Shown here in pieces: positions 1-14,408 of a stretch of DNA of 64,000 nucleotides. Under the pieces are notes generated by a model. It ran no database searches. It was not told the DNA's origin and saw nothing but the letters and a program-made list of their open reading frames with translations. The stretch is taken from assembly GCA_951406725.2 (NCBI GenBank), contig OX597822.1, positions 17,732,001 through 17,796,000 on the forward strand, in the 5' to 3' direction. The position numbers were made by a program, and so were the translations under genes. The DNA comes from Octopus vulgaris. Taxonomy: Eukaryota. Numbering within the stretch: position 1 is the first letter of the stretch; every line of letters starts with the position of its first letter.

Positions 1-440
1 CTCTGGATGACTCTATATTCTCCTAGATGACTCCATATTCCCCTGATCTTAGACATTGTTTATTTACCAAGCATGTTAGCCTTTTATTTCCCCTCTGACC
101 CACCCCTTCACTGTTACACTTGTTTACTCACGGTCCGGTAAGTGAGCTTCTACATGAATGCTCAGTCTGCTAGAAATCTCTCCCCTTCATCCCTTGAATC
201 ATGCTTTACCTACATTCTTTGAAAAGATTTTTGATAAGGTAAAAAAAGAATCCCAAAACGTGAAGTGATCAAGGTTTCTCTGTCTTTCCATCAAAAGTTT
301 GTTGATCAGCACTGATTTTGTGCTAAATAACAACTCTAACTAATTGTCTGCCCATTAAATAGCTCCAGATATTAATTTCTCCCTTTTAATTCTAACTTTC
401 TGTCACTCTGTATGCATGTATGTATGGTCCAAGCACTTAC

Positions 441-469
441 CTCGTAGCAAGGTTGTGAAAGTGGTTTTC
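441..469 (-). CDS. Candidate 29-nt micro-exon of an unidentified host gene
   Basis: Minus strand reads cttttttctattttag|GAAAACCACTTTCACAACCTTGCTACGAG|gtaagtg: strong polypyrimidine acceptor and consensus donor. Open in all three frames (ENHFHNLAT / KTTFTTLLR / KPLSQPCYE). No homolog recognised. Confidence 0.3.
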
Positions 470-1831
470 CTAAAATAGAAAAAAGCTCCCACATAATCTT
501 GTATGATGACAAGACTAGCCATTTATTATTGACGTGCATTGCCAGAGTCTGTAGACGTCTCTGACTCTGTATATGTTGTAGTATTTAACCCCAACCTTTT
601 ACATTCTTCTGCATTAAAGTCCAATTGAGATCAACTTGGTCATTCATTCTTCTGACAGCAGGAAGACAGGTCAATAAAATATAGTATCAAGCAAGTAGGA
701 CCGAAGATTTTGTGCTTTTGTACCAATGTGCAAAGCCAGTATTTTGTGATAAATATATTCATTGCACTGCATAGGTGTGTTAGTTCTGTACACATTTTTC
801 TAACAAGAAAAATGTAACCAAAAACCAAAGGAAACGGAGTCTAAAACAATTGTCTAAAATATCACACACTCACCCAAGCGTTTCACAAAAATTATTTATT
901 CTATTTTCTACAATTTCATATTGAATGGATGTTTGATTATCCTCCCAACAGGTACTTTTTTTTTTTTTTTCACATCAGAGAGAAAGAAGTAAAATGTTTC
1001 TAGAATTTTACTGGAAGATTTACTGTTAATACATTCTTTGGAAAATATTAACTTTATGAACTTGTAAATCCTCATAGAATGTATGCAGTTAGCTTGTATT
1101 TTCAACAGGAAAACTCTGCACATTACCAAAGTTTCTGTTCTAGAAGCATCACTGCACAGATGAATTTGACACCAGTATGTCTATTGATCTCCAGCAAATG
1201 CCCAGGGTGATTTCTCAGTAAAATACAGTATTTAGTTTTAAATAATAGGTTTAAAGTTGCAATAATATTAATACTTTGTGCTGGTTTTTCTGACTAGTTT
1301 TCTCTAGAGTTGATGTTAACAAAATACTAATAATGATAATAAATACACAAAAGTCTTTGGAAGAATTTTAGAAAAGCAGGTGTGTGTGTGTGTGTATGTG
1401 TGTGCGTGCGTGTGTGTGTGTGCATGTGTGTGTATGTGTGTATGTGTGCATGCATGTGTGTGTGCATGCGTGTGTACACAGTGTAAAATGAAAGAAAGAA
1501 AATTTTCTATTCAATGATTTATTTGATTTGTGAGTGAAAGAAAGAAGTGAGACTTATCAATGTAGAGTGTATCACTGTCTGTATATTTTTCTCTCTACCG
1601 ATTCTTGCTGGTATTTATCAGTTGATTTCTCCATTTGTTTATCTTAAGAATCCATCAGTGATTGTTATCTTCTTTCTTTGCTGCTGTTTGCTCATGAAAT
1701 GTTTTCGTTTCCTTTTGCTTATTCAGTAACTTTCATCTAATATTTAGTTGTATCGTACCTATCAAACTCTTCAATGTTTCTCCTGCTAAGTTACTACAAA
1801 AGAAAACAGCCACCACTTCACTAACTAACTA

Positions 1832-1924
<93 letters not shown>

Positions 1925-1927
1925 TTT

Positions 1928-2238
1928 GGAGACGCAATGGCCCAGTGGTTAGGGCAGCGGACTCGCGGTTGTAGGATCGCGGTTTCGATTTCCAGGCTGG
2001 GCGTTGTGAGTGTTTATTGAGCGAAAACACCTAAAGCTCCACGAGGCCCCAGCAGGGGGTGGTGGCGATCCCTGCTGTACTCTTTCACCACAACTTTCTC
2101 TCATTCTTTCTTCTGTTGGCCTGCTCGCTTAGCCAGCAGGATGGCATCATTTGAAGGCTAAAACAATGCGAAGCGCATTGTAACCAGCGATGTGTAGCAA
2201 CATCTGATTGCCTGGTCGGTCACGGTGATCACAGTGAT
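1928..2238 (+). mobile_element. tRNA-derived SINE, family A
   Basis: A box TGGCCCAGTGG and B box GGTTTCGATTTCC; ends cacggtgatcacagtgat; flanked by (TA)n; closely related copy at 4978-5289. Confidence 0.85.
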
Positions 2239-3099
2239 ATATATATATATATATCTTTTTCCATGTCTCTCTCTCTTTCTCTCTCATGCACCCCTCCATG
2301 CACACAAGCATAGACACTCCTTCAATTTCTTTGCATATTCACATACACTCATACACCAGTGCATACACACATATATGTGCATGCATCCTCTCTCTCTCTC
2401 TCTCTGCACTATAACACTCATTGCACCACGAACACACACACACACACACCTACACAATAAAAAAATGCAATTATTTTTCTTATCTCTGTTTTGACTTCTT
2501 CACAAGTAATACAATTAAAAGTAGAGTCTTGCTATTCTTTCTCTTTCTTGTAGACTTTTTTTGAAAACGAAAATCTTCCACTACTTTTCTTTTTGTCTAT
2601 CTTCCTTTCTATTGTCCACTCTTCTCTCTCTCTCAATACAGGGTAAAAAGACTTATCATTTTTTTTTAATTTCATTAAATATCAAAAAGTATCCCTGAGC
2701 CAACCTTAAGTTATTATTTCCAATGGTTGACTTTGCGATGAATTAATCATTTCTGGAGAAAGGAAGGAGGAAAACAAAAACACTTCCAATGACCATTTTC
2801 CTTTTATTTTTTTCAATTTTATCTGAAAGTGTAAAAACACATGTATATAATCATTAGACTTCATGATTTTCTTTATCATTTCTTGAAATTTTCCATAGGA
2901 AAAAAAGAAAAAGCCAGAAGAATTTTTATCTTTTAAATTATTGCAGTCTCCTCTTTTTCCTTTTTTTGTCTCTGTTTCCATCTCCCTTTCTGTCTTTGAC
3001 TCTCTTATTTGATTTCCTCCCACAATCTTATGGAACTTCCTTATCTTCAAATGCTCTCTGCAGAAAGTAGTTCTGGAACTGTTGTTGTGAAGGAAGCAA

Positions 3100-3560
3100 G
3101 ATGGCAGAATGCTCAACACATCAGACAAAATGCTTAGCAGCAATTCTTCTAGTTCTTTATGTTCTGAGTTCAAATATCACTAATGTCGACTTTTTGCAGT
3201 TGATAAAAGTAAATACAAGTCTAGTAATAGGGTTAACGATAGTGACTGTTCACCTTCTCCTTAAAATTGCTGGCCTGATGCTAAAAAAGCAACCACCACC
3301 ACCATCATCATCATCAGTCTTCTTCTTCTTCTTCTTCTTCTTCTTCTTCTTCTCCTCATTATTATTATTATCATTAAGGTGGCAAGATACCAGAATCATT
3401 GACATGTCTGATAAAATTCTTGGTAGTGTTTCTTGTCTCTTTGCATTCTAAGTTCCAACAGCACCTAAGTTGACTTCACCTGTCCTTTTAGGGGGTCAAT
3501 ATAATCAGTGAACCTCCTTCTGCATCAAATTTCAGGCCTTGTGTCTATATTAGAAAGAAT
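3100..3560 (+). mobile_element. Two degenerate SINE family D copies separated by (CTT)n/(ATT)n
   Basis: ggcagaat...aaaatgcttagc...gagttcaaat...gtcgactt motifs match the family D copy at 46421-46652. Confidence 0.55.
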
Positions 3561-4977
3561 TATTAATTGTTGTTGTAATAACAACTCCATTTGCCTAAGA
3601 TATGGTTGTGTTCCTTAAATCTGGAGAATCATCACGACAGGACACATTCATTCAAAATAAGGAACTTTTAGACACTCAGTGAAGCAATTTGTTTGCCGTT
3701 TAATTAGCATTGCCATAGAAGTACATAAAAGGAAAAAGAAAACAACTTACTTGCCTTCAGTGATCCATTATGGAGAATGTTAACAGATCTTAGAGCAAGC
3801 CTCTGCTCTTCCAAGCTCTCTTCAACAAAATGTTGAAAGGTAAAAGTGATAGCAAAGTTTTGTGACCATTCTCATTGTAAGTCAGTGTCATTACTATTCT
3901 AACTCTTTGCCTGCATCTCTCTCTCTCTCTCCTCCACCTGTATTTCTTTTTTTCTTCTTTCTCTTTCTGCTGTCATTGGACTGTGGCCATGCTGGTGCAC
4001 CGCCACTGCTGCTTTAAAGGATTTAGCTGATCAAAATGACCTTCTCTGCTGACCTTAATTAATGTCTGGAACATAATCGCTCAGTCTCTTTTAATCAAAC
4101 TTAATCCATCTGGTACATAATCCCTCAGTGTCTTTTAATCAATCAAGCTTACCAAGTTTAACCCTAGGTTGTGAAGTGATGAAAGACAATCCCACACACA
4201 TGTAAACAAGGAGGAGGGATGGTCACAACTGAAATCCCACGATCAGAGCTGACCTAGAGTTAAACAAAAATTATTGCTCATTGCTACTGTAACAATTGAT
4301 TAGAATATCATCGGCCCTTTCAAATAATCATTATGATGGCAGAGATGTATAGCATGTTTGAAACTATTAAACATCATTTCAAAACTAAATAAGATCAAGA
4401 CTCAACTGCAACATTAAGGGTCCAGCAGGTGCCTGTCATCCATTCCTTCTATTAATATGCTCCCTGAAAGTAAAATGAACTTCAATCTCCAATTCTAATA
4501 GATACTCTACTCTTACCTCCTATTATATCCCACCCATCTACATTACTGGGGGCCATCTTTAAGGACAAATGAGAAAAAAAAGAAAGACAAAAACATACTT
4601 GGAACTGAAGAAATTATTTAAGTTTTATATATTGTGTGAAAAATTATGGCAATTCTACCTTCTTTATTAACTTTCTTCCTTCCATCTCTCCCCCCTCTCT
4701 CTATATATATATATGTGTGTGTGTGTGTGTGAAAGAAACTGGAATGACAAAGGAATCAGAAATTATACCATCAACTCCATGATAACATAATTCTTTATTC
4801 TTTTGTCGTTTTAAATTCTTATTCCTGCTCTTTCTTCAAATCACACTTCATTCTCAAGCATATGTGTACTGAGTTCTAACACCAGGTTATTACAATTGCT
4901 ATGCCCACCTAAGCAAAATGATAATAATAATCTGCATATAATAATAATAATAATAATATGCATATATATATATATGT

Positions 4978-5287
4978 GGAGACGCAATGGCCCAGTAGTT
5001 AGGGCTGTGGACTTGCAGTCGTAGGATCGTGGTTTCGATTCCCAGACCGGGCATTGTGGGTGTTTATTTAGCAAAAACACCTAAAAGTTCTATGAGGCTC
5101 TGGCAGGGCGTGGTGGCGATCCCTGCTGTACTCTTTTGCTATGACTTTCTCTCACTCTTTCTTCTGTTGGCCTGCATGCTTAGCCAGTGGGGTGGTGTCA
5201 TTGGAAGGCTAAAACAATGTGAAGCCCATTGTGACCAGCGATGTGTAGCAACATCTGATAGCCTGGTCGGTCATGGTGATCACGGTG

Positions 5288-5289
<2 letters not shown>
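4978..5289 (+). mobile_element. tRNA-derived SINE, family A
   Basis: Colinear with 1928-2238; A and B boxes present; flanked by (TA)n. Confidence 0.85.
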
Positions 5290-5320
<31 letters not shown>

Positions 5321-6079
5321 GAAGACTACTAGCATAGCAAGTGACTTGATCTGCATCTGATGCAGCACAAAGTTTTGTCAGTGAACAGGTCGCAATTTCA
5401 AAGTGACGAAAATATTTTGACACAAATTAAATTTCAATGTTGTGTATTCTTAAATGACTTACAAACATCTTCCGTTGCTGCACTTGTACATATATATCTA
5501 TATATATACGATTAGAAATGATGTTTCAACTATATATATATAAATAAATAGTTTGCTATTTCTTCTGGTTTCTAAAAGCACCCTTTCATCACCGTCTCTA
5601 GTCTCTTCTGACTTTTCTGCTCTCTTTTTCCCCCTCTTGTCAAAGCTAATACAATTTATATATTTTCCTTCGATTTGTATTTGTACACTCTTCTATTATT
5701 CTCAGAACACTCAAAAGTGAATTATTATGTGTCCGATATAGATCCAGTGAAAGATGAGTTAATTGTAGAGGTTACATGAGGCAGTGGGTGGGGGATGGAG
5801 AGGGGTGTATATATATATGACAACATCAAAATATTATGATTGGGTGTCACCAATCTGTCAGAATGATCTGCTATCTCATCTCGATAACCATCACTTCATC
5901 AAAGCTACCTTGACATTGATAAAGTCCTCACAAAGTAGCTGTCAGTGGACCAAGTATGTTAATAATGAAAGTAGGAAACTGTCTATTGGATATGTCATTC
6001 TTCAGATATAAATATTTAATTTCCTCAGCAGGAAAATGTGTCTGTCTATATTTTCTCCCTGTCTTTTCTTCTTCTTTTG

Positions 6080-6115
<36 letters not shown>

Positions 6116-6931
6116 CTCACATATGTGTGCAATAGCTGAAGCACACACATATTCATATTTATATAACATATACACATTCATGTGCAAAGATTATACATAC
6201 ACCTATATGTTATAGAGTCAAGTTCTTTACAGAAGATAAGCATGGCCTCTAAATGTAAGCTTCCTAGTTAATAATGTACCTGTTGTTGTACATATTGGAA
6301 TAATGCTTCGAATTTCGTGTCCTTTCAATAATTATTGAATATATTCTTTAATTGCGATTGTCTTTGATTTGACAGACTCTTTTGCAAATCCGTTTCAGTC
6401 CACGTGGTTCAATGTTTGTTGTGAAAATCTTTAATGTTTTCTAAAATTGTTATTTTGCTTCTAAAATAACACTTTGAAATTAATGATATGGATTTGTATT
6501 ATTGTTTGGCCCCATCTATTGGCTTTGTCATGTGAAGGGGCATAACCTTGTGGTTAGGGTTTGCAGTCATGATTGCAAGATGCAGGTTTCAATTCCTGGG
6601 TCAGGCAGTGTGTTGTGTCTTTGAGTAAAACACTTCACATTGCTGCCTTTCCCTCGGCTGCCAAAAATGAGTCACCCTGCAATGGCTTAGTGTCCTGCTC
6701 AGGAGGAATATTGCATTATTGGTCACATATAATGCTGTGGAAACGAGGAAAGTGACCCTATGAATCCCAGGCCTTGTGACAGGGGTTGATAGTGACGGCA
6801 ATGAGCAGTTGGGAAGTTTTAAATGATGGAATTTAGGGTTCAATTCTGTAGCATGCCATTGTCAGTTTGTACCTTCCACTATGATCAAAGGCTGACCACT
6901 GCCATGGGAGTGAATTAATAGGAGGAGATTG

Positions 6932-7850
6932 TATGAGGTAGTGTCAGAAAGTTCCCAGTCTAGTTCTGTAGTGTCCAACAGATGGCAGCACATGGTTGCA
7001 CATGCATTGGGAACTAGTAGTGACCCTCATGAGGCAGTGTGCTGAGATACATCCCTGTTTACTTTGTGAATTGTGAAATTTGTGATTTTGTGATCACATG
7101 TATGCTGTGGTCTGTGATTTTCGTCATGGACAGGAAGTTGGAACAAAAAGCCAGCGTGAAATTTTGTAAAAAAAACTTGGTAAGTCTGCTACAGAGATAT
7201 TGAGTATGCTTCAGTAAGCTTATGGTGACAAGGCAATGTGTCATACACAATGTTTCGACTGGCATTGGTGCTTCAAAAGTGCAAGAAATTTTCAGGAAGA
7301 TAATGAACAATCTAGAAAACTTGCCATGAGTGTCACCCTTGGAAATGTGGAGAAAATTCCTCAGTTTGTGCATGAGAATTGTTGGAGGACAATCTATGAT
7401 GTTTTGAAGCATTTAAGGGAGGACATTTGGCGAAATTGACCAAAATCTGTGAAGCGCGAAGAATTGGATTCTTCATGGCAACAATGCACCCTGTGAATGG
7501 GATCTCCTCACTCGAGAGTTTTTCACCAAAAACAATATGATATCACTTTGCCCTATTCGCCAGATTTAGCACCTGTGGACTTCTATCTCTTCCCTAAGAT
7601 GGAAATGCAGCTCAAAGGTGGCTATTATGCCGCTTCTGTCGAGATCAGTAACAAATCGCAGCAGGTCAGTCCTCGACTCACTTGCGGATAATGACTCCCA
7701 AGCCAGATTCCAAAAGGGGGAAGAATGCTGGGACTGGTGTATTGATGCACAAGGTAACTATTTCAAAGGAGATGATTTTAAAACTGAAATAAATAAGTTA
7801 TTTTTTTATTAAACATAACTAGTCCGTGAACTTTTTGATAACACCTCATA
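6932..7850 (+). mobile_element. Internally deleted mariner DNA transposon relic
   Basis: Imperfect ~34-bp TIRs (tatgaggtagtgtcagaaagttcccagtctagtt / aactagtccgtgaactttttgataacacctcata) with TA ends. Frameshifted transposase fragments include PYSPDLAPVDFYLFPKM. Confidence 0.85.
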
Positions 7851-9622
7851 AGAAATGTGTGTGTGTGTGTGTGTGTGCGTTCCCCACTACATCATTTCTA
7901 CCAACTCATAATAGTGTGTGATGAGCAACAAAAGGAGTAAAATTAAGGAGTGCTGTATATTCAAGAGAGCTGAAGTATGGTTCTAATCATATATAATGAC
8001 AAAAACAACAGCAACCCATGATTTTAGTCTTTCCAACAATGGCCCCATTGTGAAGTGATGTTCTTCACTTGCTACTTATGCCAGTTGAAGTGAGCATGCT
8101 TCTCTGCTTCCGGCCTCCTTTCACTGGAATCTGTAACTTACCACATTTAGCATTGTCATGGCTCTATCATATATTATGCGTGCATCCTATTTCTAGTCTA
8201 TGAGTGTATGGGCGTGTGTGTGGTTAGAACTGTTGCCTCAAAGAAACTTTACAACTACAAACAATGGAATATTGAATTTCATGAATAAAATCATGTCTAA
8301 AAGCAAAGAATAGCAAAAGCAATGAAGAGTGAATTTATATTTTTGTTTCCTTTCTCCTTTCAAAATAAACACATCAAAAGGTTTTTAGGCGTGGGTCTGT
8401 TCTATTTATTTTTATCATTTTGTCTTTCCCTTTGTTTGTTTGTTTTCTTTTTTTCACTAAGTATATAGACAATATGTTAAATGTGTCTCACTGAAGTTAT
8501 CTTTATCTATATTTCAAAATAGTTGTAAAACTTCAAGAAATACTATTACATCAGATGTTAGTCATACAATAAATGAACAAAAAAAAAGTAATAATAAAGC
8601 AAAGAATGTGATAAATCACTGAAATATACTCTAATGTTGGAAGTATTAGAAAAAAAACTCCCTTTTAAATAAATTTCCAATGATCTTAAGGTCAGTGTCC
8701 ATTCCACAGTGTCCAGTTAAGTGTAGTTTGAGAATCTCGGAAACCAAAGTTCTTTATGATTACAATTTTCTTTCTTTCTTTTTCGCCTTGGTTTCAATAA
8801 TAAAAAAAAAATCTATATCCACAAGTGTAACACTATAAAAAAAACAATCTTCAAGCATATGTTATCTTTCTTTTTTTGGTGCTGACAATGTAATAAAAGA
8901 CAGTAAAAGAGCATCCATTATTGTGTATATAATTTATTTCATTTCCCTTTTTTATGGCTTTCATTTTTAGCTATTTTTCCTTTCATTTTTACCTTTTTCC
9001 TTCCCATATTTCAATATTTTTCTCTTTAATTTCGCTCTTTATTATTCTTCTGATTTTCTTTTTTGTTACATTTCAAACCATACTTTTATATCTTTTATTA
9101 GATTAATTATCTCTCTGTCTTGTATTGTCTTCATAATAATCCTTGACATTTTCTTTCTATTGGGGTCTTTTAAATTCCTGTACTTTGGTTTGTTCTTCTT
9201 CCCAAGACTTCAGTTTTATTTCTCCATTTGTCATTGTTCCTGTCATTCTTTATGTCCTTTTCTAACCATTCTTTCACACATCACTTCAGTCAAACTGGAG
9301 AATATATCTATGTTATTCTGCATCAGTTCCTTTATCTTCAGATAGGTTTGCAACCACAAAGGTGAGGGAATCAAAATTTGATTACACCTTGCTTCTTTTT
9401 GCAGAAGGAACTTCCATCAGTGTCTTCAATTATTGAAGAACAATTCGATAACAAAATACTGTGCCCTACCCTAGCTCTCGCTTTGCATCACATACTTAAC
9501 ACTGAATGGCAGAATGTAAATAACAGGCTTAAGTACATAATCTATTCAAAGACCTTGGCTTGGTCACTTACGTCTTCCATAGATTTGCTTGAGAAGAGCC
9601 GCTACTACTGCTGCTGCTGCTG

Positions 9623-9668
<46 letters not shown>

Positions 9669-10050
9669 CATTCTTAAGATTTCTAAGACCATGAAGCCAT
9701 TTCAGTCAATCATACATTGTTTTGTAATATTTTTTTCTTTTTTGTTTTTGCCTTGAAATACACACACACACACACACACTCACACATATGGAAAAGTATA
9801 ATAAGCACAAGATGCAGTCTATCTGGATTTGTTATGTGATGCCTTTGCAGCATTGCATCCCCTGCAGTGGATATTCCAAATGCAGTTGGATGCTGAATGA
9901 CAACAGATCTTCAGAGGAATACTTTATTGCATTATGTTTGCACAGATCAAATGCTTTCTCTTGATGGTAATAATATCTGTGGTGCTCTAAACTCACCACC
10001 AGCAGTCATACATCTAACTATATGCACAAGAAGCACACACACATACGTTT

Positions 10051-10091
<41 letters not shown>

Positions 10092-10169
10092 CGAGACAAA
10101 ACCACTATTTTGCAAAACAAACAAGGATTTTTCCCTGTAAATTTGGATTTATTCCCTAATATTTATTAT

Positions 10170-10220
<51 letters not shown>

Positions 10221-10708
10221 TAATAAAACTGTAGTCAGAATTCTGTGACCTTTATATTTTTATATTTCATGGTGTCAATATATGTATTTTGTGAACAATT
10301 GTTCAATCACAGTTTCCTTTCATTCAAAACAATCCTAGTTGAACAATTCTGGACAAAATACGAAGATGACAATAATAAAAGCTAAGGTTTTAGAATTTTG
10401 ATGCAAAATTTCATTAAAGAATTTGTACTTCTCTCTCAGGTTTTTTTTACTTTCTCTTTCATTTTGTTATCATTAACACACACACACACACTCATGCTAT
10501 CTTGTGCATTCATTATCACAGTTAAAATCCAGAGGAATTGCAACCATAATAGAGTGACAAAGAAATGCTGCTTTCTTCATGTACTTTCTTTATGACTTGC
10601 AAACTGTTAATCCATTCAGGACATCCTGAAAGAATTTAGGTTAAGGCCAGAATCCAGCATGTGATCAAACTAACATTTTGTTTGAAAAAAGTTGGTTAGG
10701 AGTTTCTA

Positions 10709-12041
10709 TCAGGTCATTAAGAATGAAATGTCCAATTTTCTTCTGCACCAAGTTTGACAGTTGTTAACTCTAATGTTTTATCCTGACAATTCTTTGTTCT
10801 ACAATACTGAAGAGTTACATCATCACTTTTCGGAATGCAATTCATGGTGACTGACTATATTGTGAGTTTTCTCTTGTAAATCAAACTGACTATATTGTGA
10901 GTTTTCTCTTGTAAATCAATTTTTGTGAACCCATGAATAGATAAAAAATTCGTGTTGTTTATGAATATGAATTCTGTCATGGAACCAGTGCATCCCAGGC
11001 AGCTTGAAACATCAATGAGGTATTTGGTGAAGATGTGGCAAATGAGTGTACTGTACATCGATGGTTTGAGATGTTCCACTCTGGTGACTTTACTCTTAAA
11101 AATCAGCCCCATGGTAGACCTGACACGAAGGTGGATGATGATGAGCTGGAAACTGTAGTGGAAGTGGATACATCTCAAACTATGCATGAGTTAGCAGCAA
11201 GGTTTGATGTTTCGATTCCAACTGTATTGGACAATCTGAAAAATTGGCAAGGTAAAGAAACTGGACAAGTGGGTACCACAGGAACTGAATGAGCATCAAA
11301 TGACACGTCATCTTGAAACTTGCTGTTCTGTTGTCATGGCATAAAAGCAAAATTGTATTGTTATGTGTGAGGAAAAATGGATTCTTTTCAACAATAGCAA
11401 GTGTTCTGTATGGTGGTTGGATAGAGACACAGTGCCAAAACACAATCCCAAAAAAAAGAATATTCACCAAAAGAAACTAATGGTATCTAATTTGGTGGTC
11501 CTGCACTGGTGTCATCCACTACAGCTTCATGAGATCTGGTAAGTCAATTACAGTGGATGTAATGCATCAACCAATTGGATGAAATGAAGAGTGTACTTGC
11601 AATTAAACAACCAAGATTGGTCAATAGAGACAGGCCAATTCTCTTGCAAGTCAATGCTCAACTACATGCTGCACAAAGAACACTACTCAAGTACAAAGCA
11701 CTACAGTGTAGAACACTACAGGAACTGGACTTGGAAGTACTCTATCATCCACCATATTCATTAGACTCTGCACCAACTGACTATCATGTTTTCCAGGCAT
11801 TAGACAACTTTTTGCAAGGGAAAAAACTTCAAATCTGAAGATGTAAAAATAGCCTTTCGTGATTTCATCACCTCTTGCTCTCCAGAATTCTTCACTGCTG
11901 CCATAAATAAGCTACCAATAAAATGGCAAAACTGTTGATAAATTTAGGTTCACACTTTGATTAACTGCATTGCTTTTTGTTGAGATAAAATAAAATAAAC
12001 TTTCAGTTAAAAATTGAACATTTCATTCTTAATAACCTGAT
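10709..12041 (+). mobile_element. Near-full-length (~1.33 kb) mariner transposon with a pseudogenised DD34D transposase
   Basis: TIRs tcaggtcattaagaatgaaatgtccaatttt / aaaattgaacatttcattcttaataacctga. Fragments TVHRWFEMFHSGDFTLKNQPHGRP, WVPQEL and HPPYSLDSAPTDYHVF with multiple frameshifts. Confidence 0.9.
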
Positions 12042-13559
12042 GTGCTGTTTAACCCTTGGTTGATTTTGACCAGGGGATACCTTCCTCGCTCCTTCCCACT
12101 TGTCTTGGACACTGTGAAGATCTGTAGGCACTGCCCTCTCTCCTCATTAAAAGATTAAAAAAGAAAGGTCAAGCTTCCCATACTTTTAGACAATACACTT
12201 AAAAATAGAAACAAAATATGATGAATTAAGTTTTGTTTGCAATTAAATATTATGTGCCACCAGTCACATGTCTAATTAAGTCTTTTCCGATCTTAAACAT
12301 ATTTCACAGTCAAATGTATTTGTAAATTGATGAGATTTCACTTAATTTCACATCACACCTAAAGATTCTCATTGAAACACTAAAGTCTTGTGACACATAG
12401 TTTTGGAAAAAAGAAACCCCTGATTACAAACAATACTTCTCGTAAGTGCTGCCTCTAGATCTCTTCTTTTTAGGACTAGTGATGGTGATGGTCATCAGGA
12501 AGTACCAGATGAGTATCATGCTGCTAACTATGGCTTCACTGTCTTCATTTTGATATCAAATTCCTAGGGCAGTGGCCCTCATCATAGATGCAGTCATGCT
12601 TCAGTGCTTTGGTCTGGCATCTCATATGATGCAGTCCGATTGTAAGGTTTTTTTCTCCTTTCTAACTCCAAGAGTTATCATTTCATTTTTATCAAACACC
12701 CAAACTGGGATCATTTTAAAATGGTGGGGGGAGGGTTTGTATCATACAACCAAGAGTGGTGTAAGATAGGTTAAAATCAAAAAGGTTTAAATATTTTACC
12801 CTTTTTTAATTATATGACTTGTAATTAGATTCCATTTGATAATTTTTTTTTTGTTCTTAATTTCCAGTTTTAAATTCCTTAATTCTTTCGACTTTATCCT
12901 TATTTTCCAGTGAAGTCTGTTTTGCTTCACTTTCTATTCCTATTCCACCTTCCTTTGGTTCTCTTACATTTATAACCTTATACATTTCTTATGTGATTCC
13001 TCCAAACTTTCTTCGATATTCCACTATAAGAATTTCACATTCTCATTTATTTCAACTCTTTTTTTTTTTTCACTTCTACATTATTTGCTAACTTTTTGCA
13101 TGTAATTTCTATTCCTTGAAATCTATCCTTTTTTTTTAATCAGTTCTATTGAGATGGTAGAAGCATCTTTTTCCTATCATCTCAAACTACTTCAGGACTC
13201 TAATACTCTTGCAGTTGACAAAATAAATCAAGAGGGTGGGGTGGAGTAAAACAATGAAAAATACGATGAATGTTGAAGATTCTGGAATAATAAGATTTTT
13301 GAAGAATATAAGCTCTGATGATATATTAGACCAGACATTTAGAGGATTCTTCTTGAAATTCTTTGCACTTTATTGCAGAAGCCAGCTTAACCAATGCAAG
13401 AATCAGAAAACCCACTCTGAAGACTAATTAAGTGTTCACCAAATATCATTCTAAATAGATTAGTTTTGCATTCTCTCTACTGAATTATGGTAATACACAC
13501 ACACACACACAAACATGTATGTGTGTGTGCACATAAATACATAGCCACACACACACACA

Positions 13560-13617
<58 letters not shown>

Positions 13618-14408
13618 ACACAAACACACACATATTAGCTGGTGAATTTTTTTACTGCATCTCAGGAGGCCCAGTGAAGTAAACTAAGGATGTGTAATCA
13701 GAAATGTAAAAAAAAATCAGAGAAATGAAAAACAAATTAATATGACAAAAAAGTAGAAAAGATGAGTAATTTGAAATTGAAAATAAAAAAAAAACATTAA
13801 AAAAAATTATCAAAACAAAGAACATTACAAACACTTCTCCCCCACCCCGACCCCCCAAAAGTGAAGATTGACTTCAATAAGAAATTGAAGGATAAATAAA
13901 AATTTATTGAGTATTCTGAATTACATTTGGTTAAATTTGATGCAGGAATAAAAGAAATAGAAAATAAATGGAATGATGATAAAATCCTCTGCAAATTTTG
14001 AGAGGAAACACACATACATGAAATGCACACACACATACACATGTACACACTAATGCAAAAAGGATGAAGAGAAACTGAAGAAAATATATTAACAAGAAAA
14101 TAGATATTTTGAGGATTGTCAACATTTTTTATTCACATTAACTCCTGTTGTTGCTCAATTTGGTAAATAATTTCAGCTAAAAGTTTCATTTTTCTTTTCC
14201 TTTATTATGATTTCTTTTTTTTTTCTCTTTGGAGGATGGCTTGTTTTCTTCTCTTTTTTTCTTTTGTTAACTGGAATTTGGATAGTTTTCCATTTACATC
14301 TTACTCTTTATTAATTAGAAGAAAATGAACTTTTTTGCTGTTAGGCTGTAGTTTCATTTGGATTTTATAACTTAACTAAACACACACCTCTATATGTATG
14401 TGTGTATA

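Noticed and set aside
640-780. Cys/His-rich stretch (YQCAKPVFCDKYIHC) reminiscent of a piggyBac C-terminal domain
   Set aside because: Interrupted by stops, and no TTAA/TIR or catalytic region could be supported.
1928-2005. tRNA gene candidates at SINE heads (also 4978, 23294, 39215, 37305)
   Set aside because: A and B boxes are present but there is no full cloverleaf or poly-T terminator, and they continue into repeat bodies.
9378-9677. 99-aa ORF with a plausible acceptor at ~9404
   Set aside because: No recognisable homology or convincing donor; it runs into a (CTG)/(CTA) repeat.
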